A DNA stretch of 64,000 bases from positions 47,802,001 to 47,866,000 of the forward strand of contig NW_026889758.1 of assembly GCF_033153115.1 (NCBI RefSeq). The letters are read 5' to 3'. The translations under genes and the position numbers were made by a program. Positions 62,530 through 64,000 of the stretch are shown here, in pieces. The notes under the pieces are model-generated. The model did not search any database, had not been told where the DNA came from, and saw only the letters and a list, made by a program, of their open reading frames with translations. Position 1 is the first letter of the stretch; each line of letters starts with the position of its first letter. The DNA is from Saccostrea echinata. Its lineage: Eukaryota.

Positions 62530-62876
62530 ACTGGAAATGTAAACGGGTAGGAAGGTTGGGCCGGGGAATTGATGGAGAGATAGAGGTATTCCAGGATGGA
62601 AAAATATGAATTTGGAAATGTTGCAGAAAATTGGAACATATAGTCATTTCTTTCAAAATTCAAGTCATTTGCTTATGGACCTAAACATTATACAACAAAG
62701 ATCTCGATATATTTTGATGTAGCCCAATGAATACACAGTTTTCACTTTCTACATCTGGAACAGTTCTCAAGTTTACCAGACATTAGTATGAAAACCCAGA
62801 GAACTGACTTCAGATGACACGCCATGACAGATATGGTGACTTCATAAATGTGGAGTTAAAAATTATGCATGATTTT

Positions 62877-63043
62877 CATGGTTGTCCCTAAGATCTGGGG
62901 GCCAGGGAAATTCCCCTCCTATGATGATGTTATACCTCGGTTACTCTGATATTCCCCCTCAACCCCCTGTTAGGGGAGGAATCCCAGACTCCCTTCTACT
63001 TTTTTAATGCCCCCCTGCTATTTCGATTCTTAGGACAACCCTG
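62877..63043. mobile_element. Short TIR element (hAT-like termini)
   Basis: catggttgtccctaaga / tcttaggacaaccctg; TSD not convincing. Confidence 0.45.
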
Positions 63044-63102
63044 ATTTTATAGAAACAAATTAAATGACAAGTTATTATTTCAGGTTAATAAAAAGAGTAA
63101 AA

Positions 63103-63755
63103 ATGCTCGATTACCTGTTCTACTTCTTCCTTGGAGTTCTGGCTGTATATTCAGTGCTTTTTATTCTGATTGTGATTGGTGACTGTGACCTTTACTTACA
63201 ATTTGCAGAGAAATTTGGAAAGAAACCAAGTAAGTTTAGCATATATAAAAGTAGAGAGTATTTCTATTTTATATTCAGGCTTTGAGAAATATAAGCTATG
63301 CATGTATTTAGTGGACTTGGCTTGATTGATTGATTGCCATAGGACCTTTGACAGCATAGCTTGAACTGACAGGCATAAAACCTACTGGGGGAGATTCTTG
63401 TTTAATGTATACGGGCAACAACATTTAGGGAGAAAAGTATGCAACTTGATTTGGTCAGCTTCAGTTTCCTTCTAGCTTACTTGTTAGAGCATATACACAC
63501 CGGGCAGGATGACCCCTATACATGTACTAGTATTTTGACCCTCTGCTTCGATGCTTTTTCTATCATGGTTTTTCATGAAATAAGACATTCTCATACATGT
63601 TTTAGATGTACTGAAGGAAAAGGTTGTGTGGATAACTGGTGCTTCTAGTGGCATTGGTGAATATTTGGCATATGAGCTAGCAAAAGCTGGTTGTAAGTTG
63701 TGCCTGTCAGCTCGCAGAGAAAAAGAGCTTGCACGAGTCAAGAAGGAGTGCCTGT
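63103..63755 (+). CDS. DHRS7: Dehydrogenase/reductase SDR family member 7, 3'-partial
   Basis: Exons 63103-63229 and 63606-63755; hydrophobic N-terminal anchor, [49 protein letters not shown] (TGxxxGIG Rossmann motif); upstream acceptor at 63083 implies a 5'UTR exon. Confidence 0.88.
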
Positions 63756-64000
63756 GTAAGTCTTTACAGATAATTGTATGTGATATATAATGTGACAAAC
63801 TAGTATTTTTACATCTTATCCTAAGGGTTACGTAATGGAAAGGAGAAAAATCTGATTACTAAGAGTTGAATATTATCTTTAAAGTAAATAAATCTGAAAA
63901 TATTGATTCACAATTTGACAGTAGAATTTAAAATGTTTAAAATCTGTATTTGGATATATGGCTGTCAGACAGGTTTGATGGCCGGTGGCCAGATAGGTCA

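Overview
Eukaryotic, AT-rich, intron-containing genomic DNA, most likely from an oyster or related bivalve. This is inferred from the ~166-bp Cg170-like satellite carried inside Helentron-associated (HINE) elements. I built exon chains by hand from GT-AG sites and reading-frame phase. Seven protein-coding loci: CFAP70 (3' part, +), an unrecognised 366-aa disordered protein (-), a FAM89/LRAP25-family gene (+), RNASEH2C (-) head-to-head with an unrecognised ~99-aa single-pass membrane protein (+), a complete TECPR2 (-, 16 coding exons, ~1510 aa, C-terminal LIR), and the 5' start of DHRS7 (+). Introns and spacers hold many non-autonomous transposons: HINEs with internal satellite arrays, Tc1/mariner-like MITEs, hAT- and MULE-like elements, and tRNA-like-LTR TRIMs. 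Leading candidates for follow-up are the orphan protein with clustered calcineurin (PxIxIT plus 2x LxVP) and CaMK/PKA motifs, five frame-preserving mini/microexon candidates in CFAP70, three tandem duplications centred on splice or stop signals, and transposon-borne arrays of transcription-factor motifs. There is no prokaryotic-type system (CRISPR, operon). All novelty claims are hypotheses because no database search was possible.
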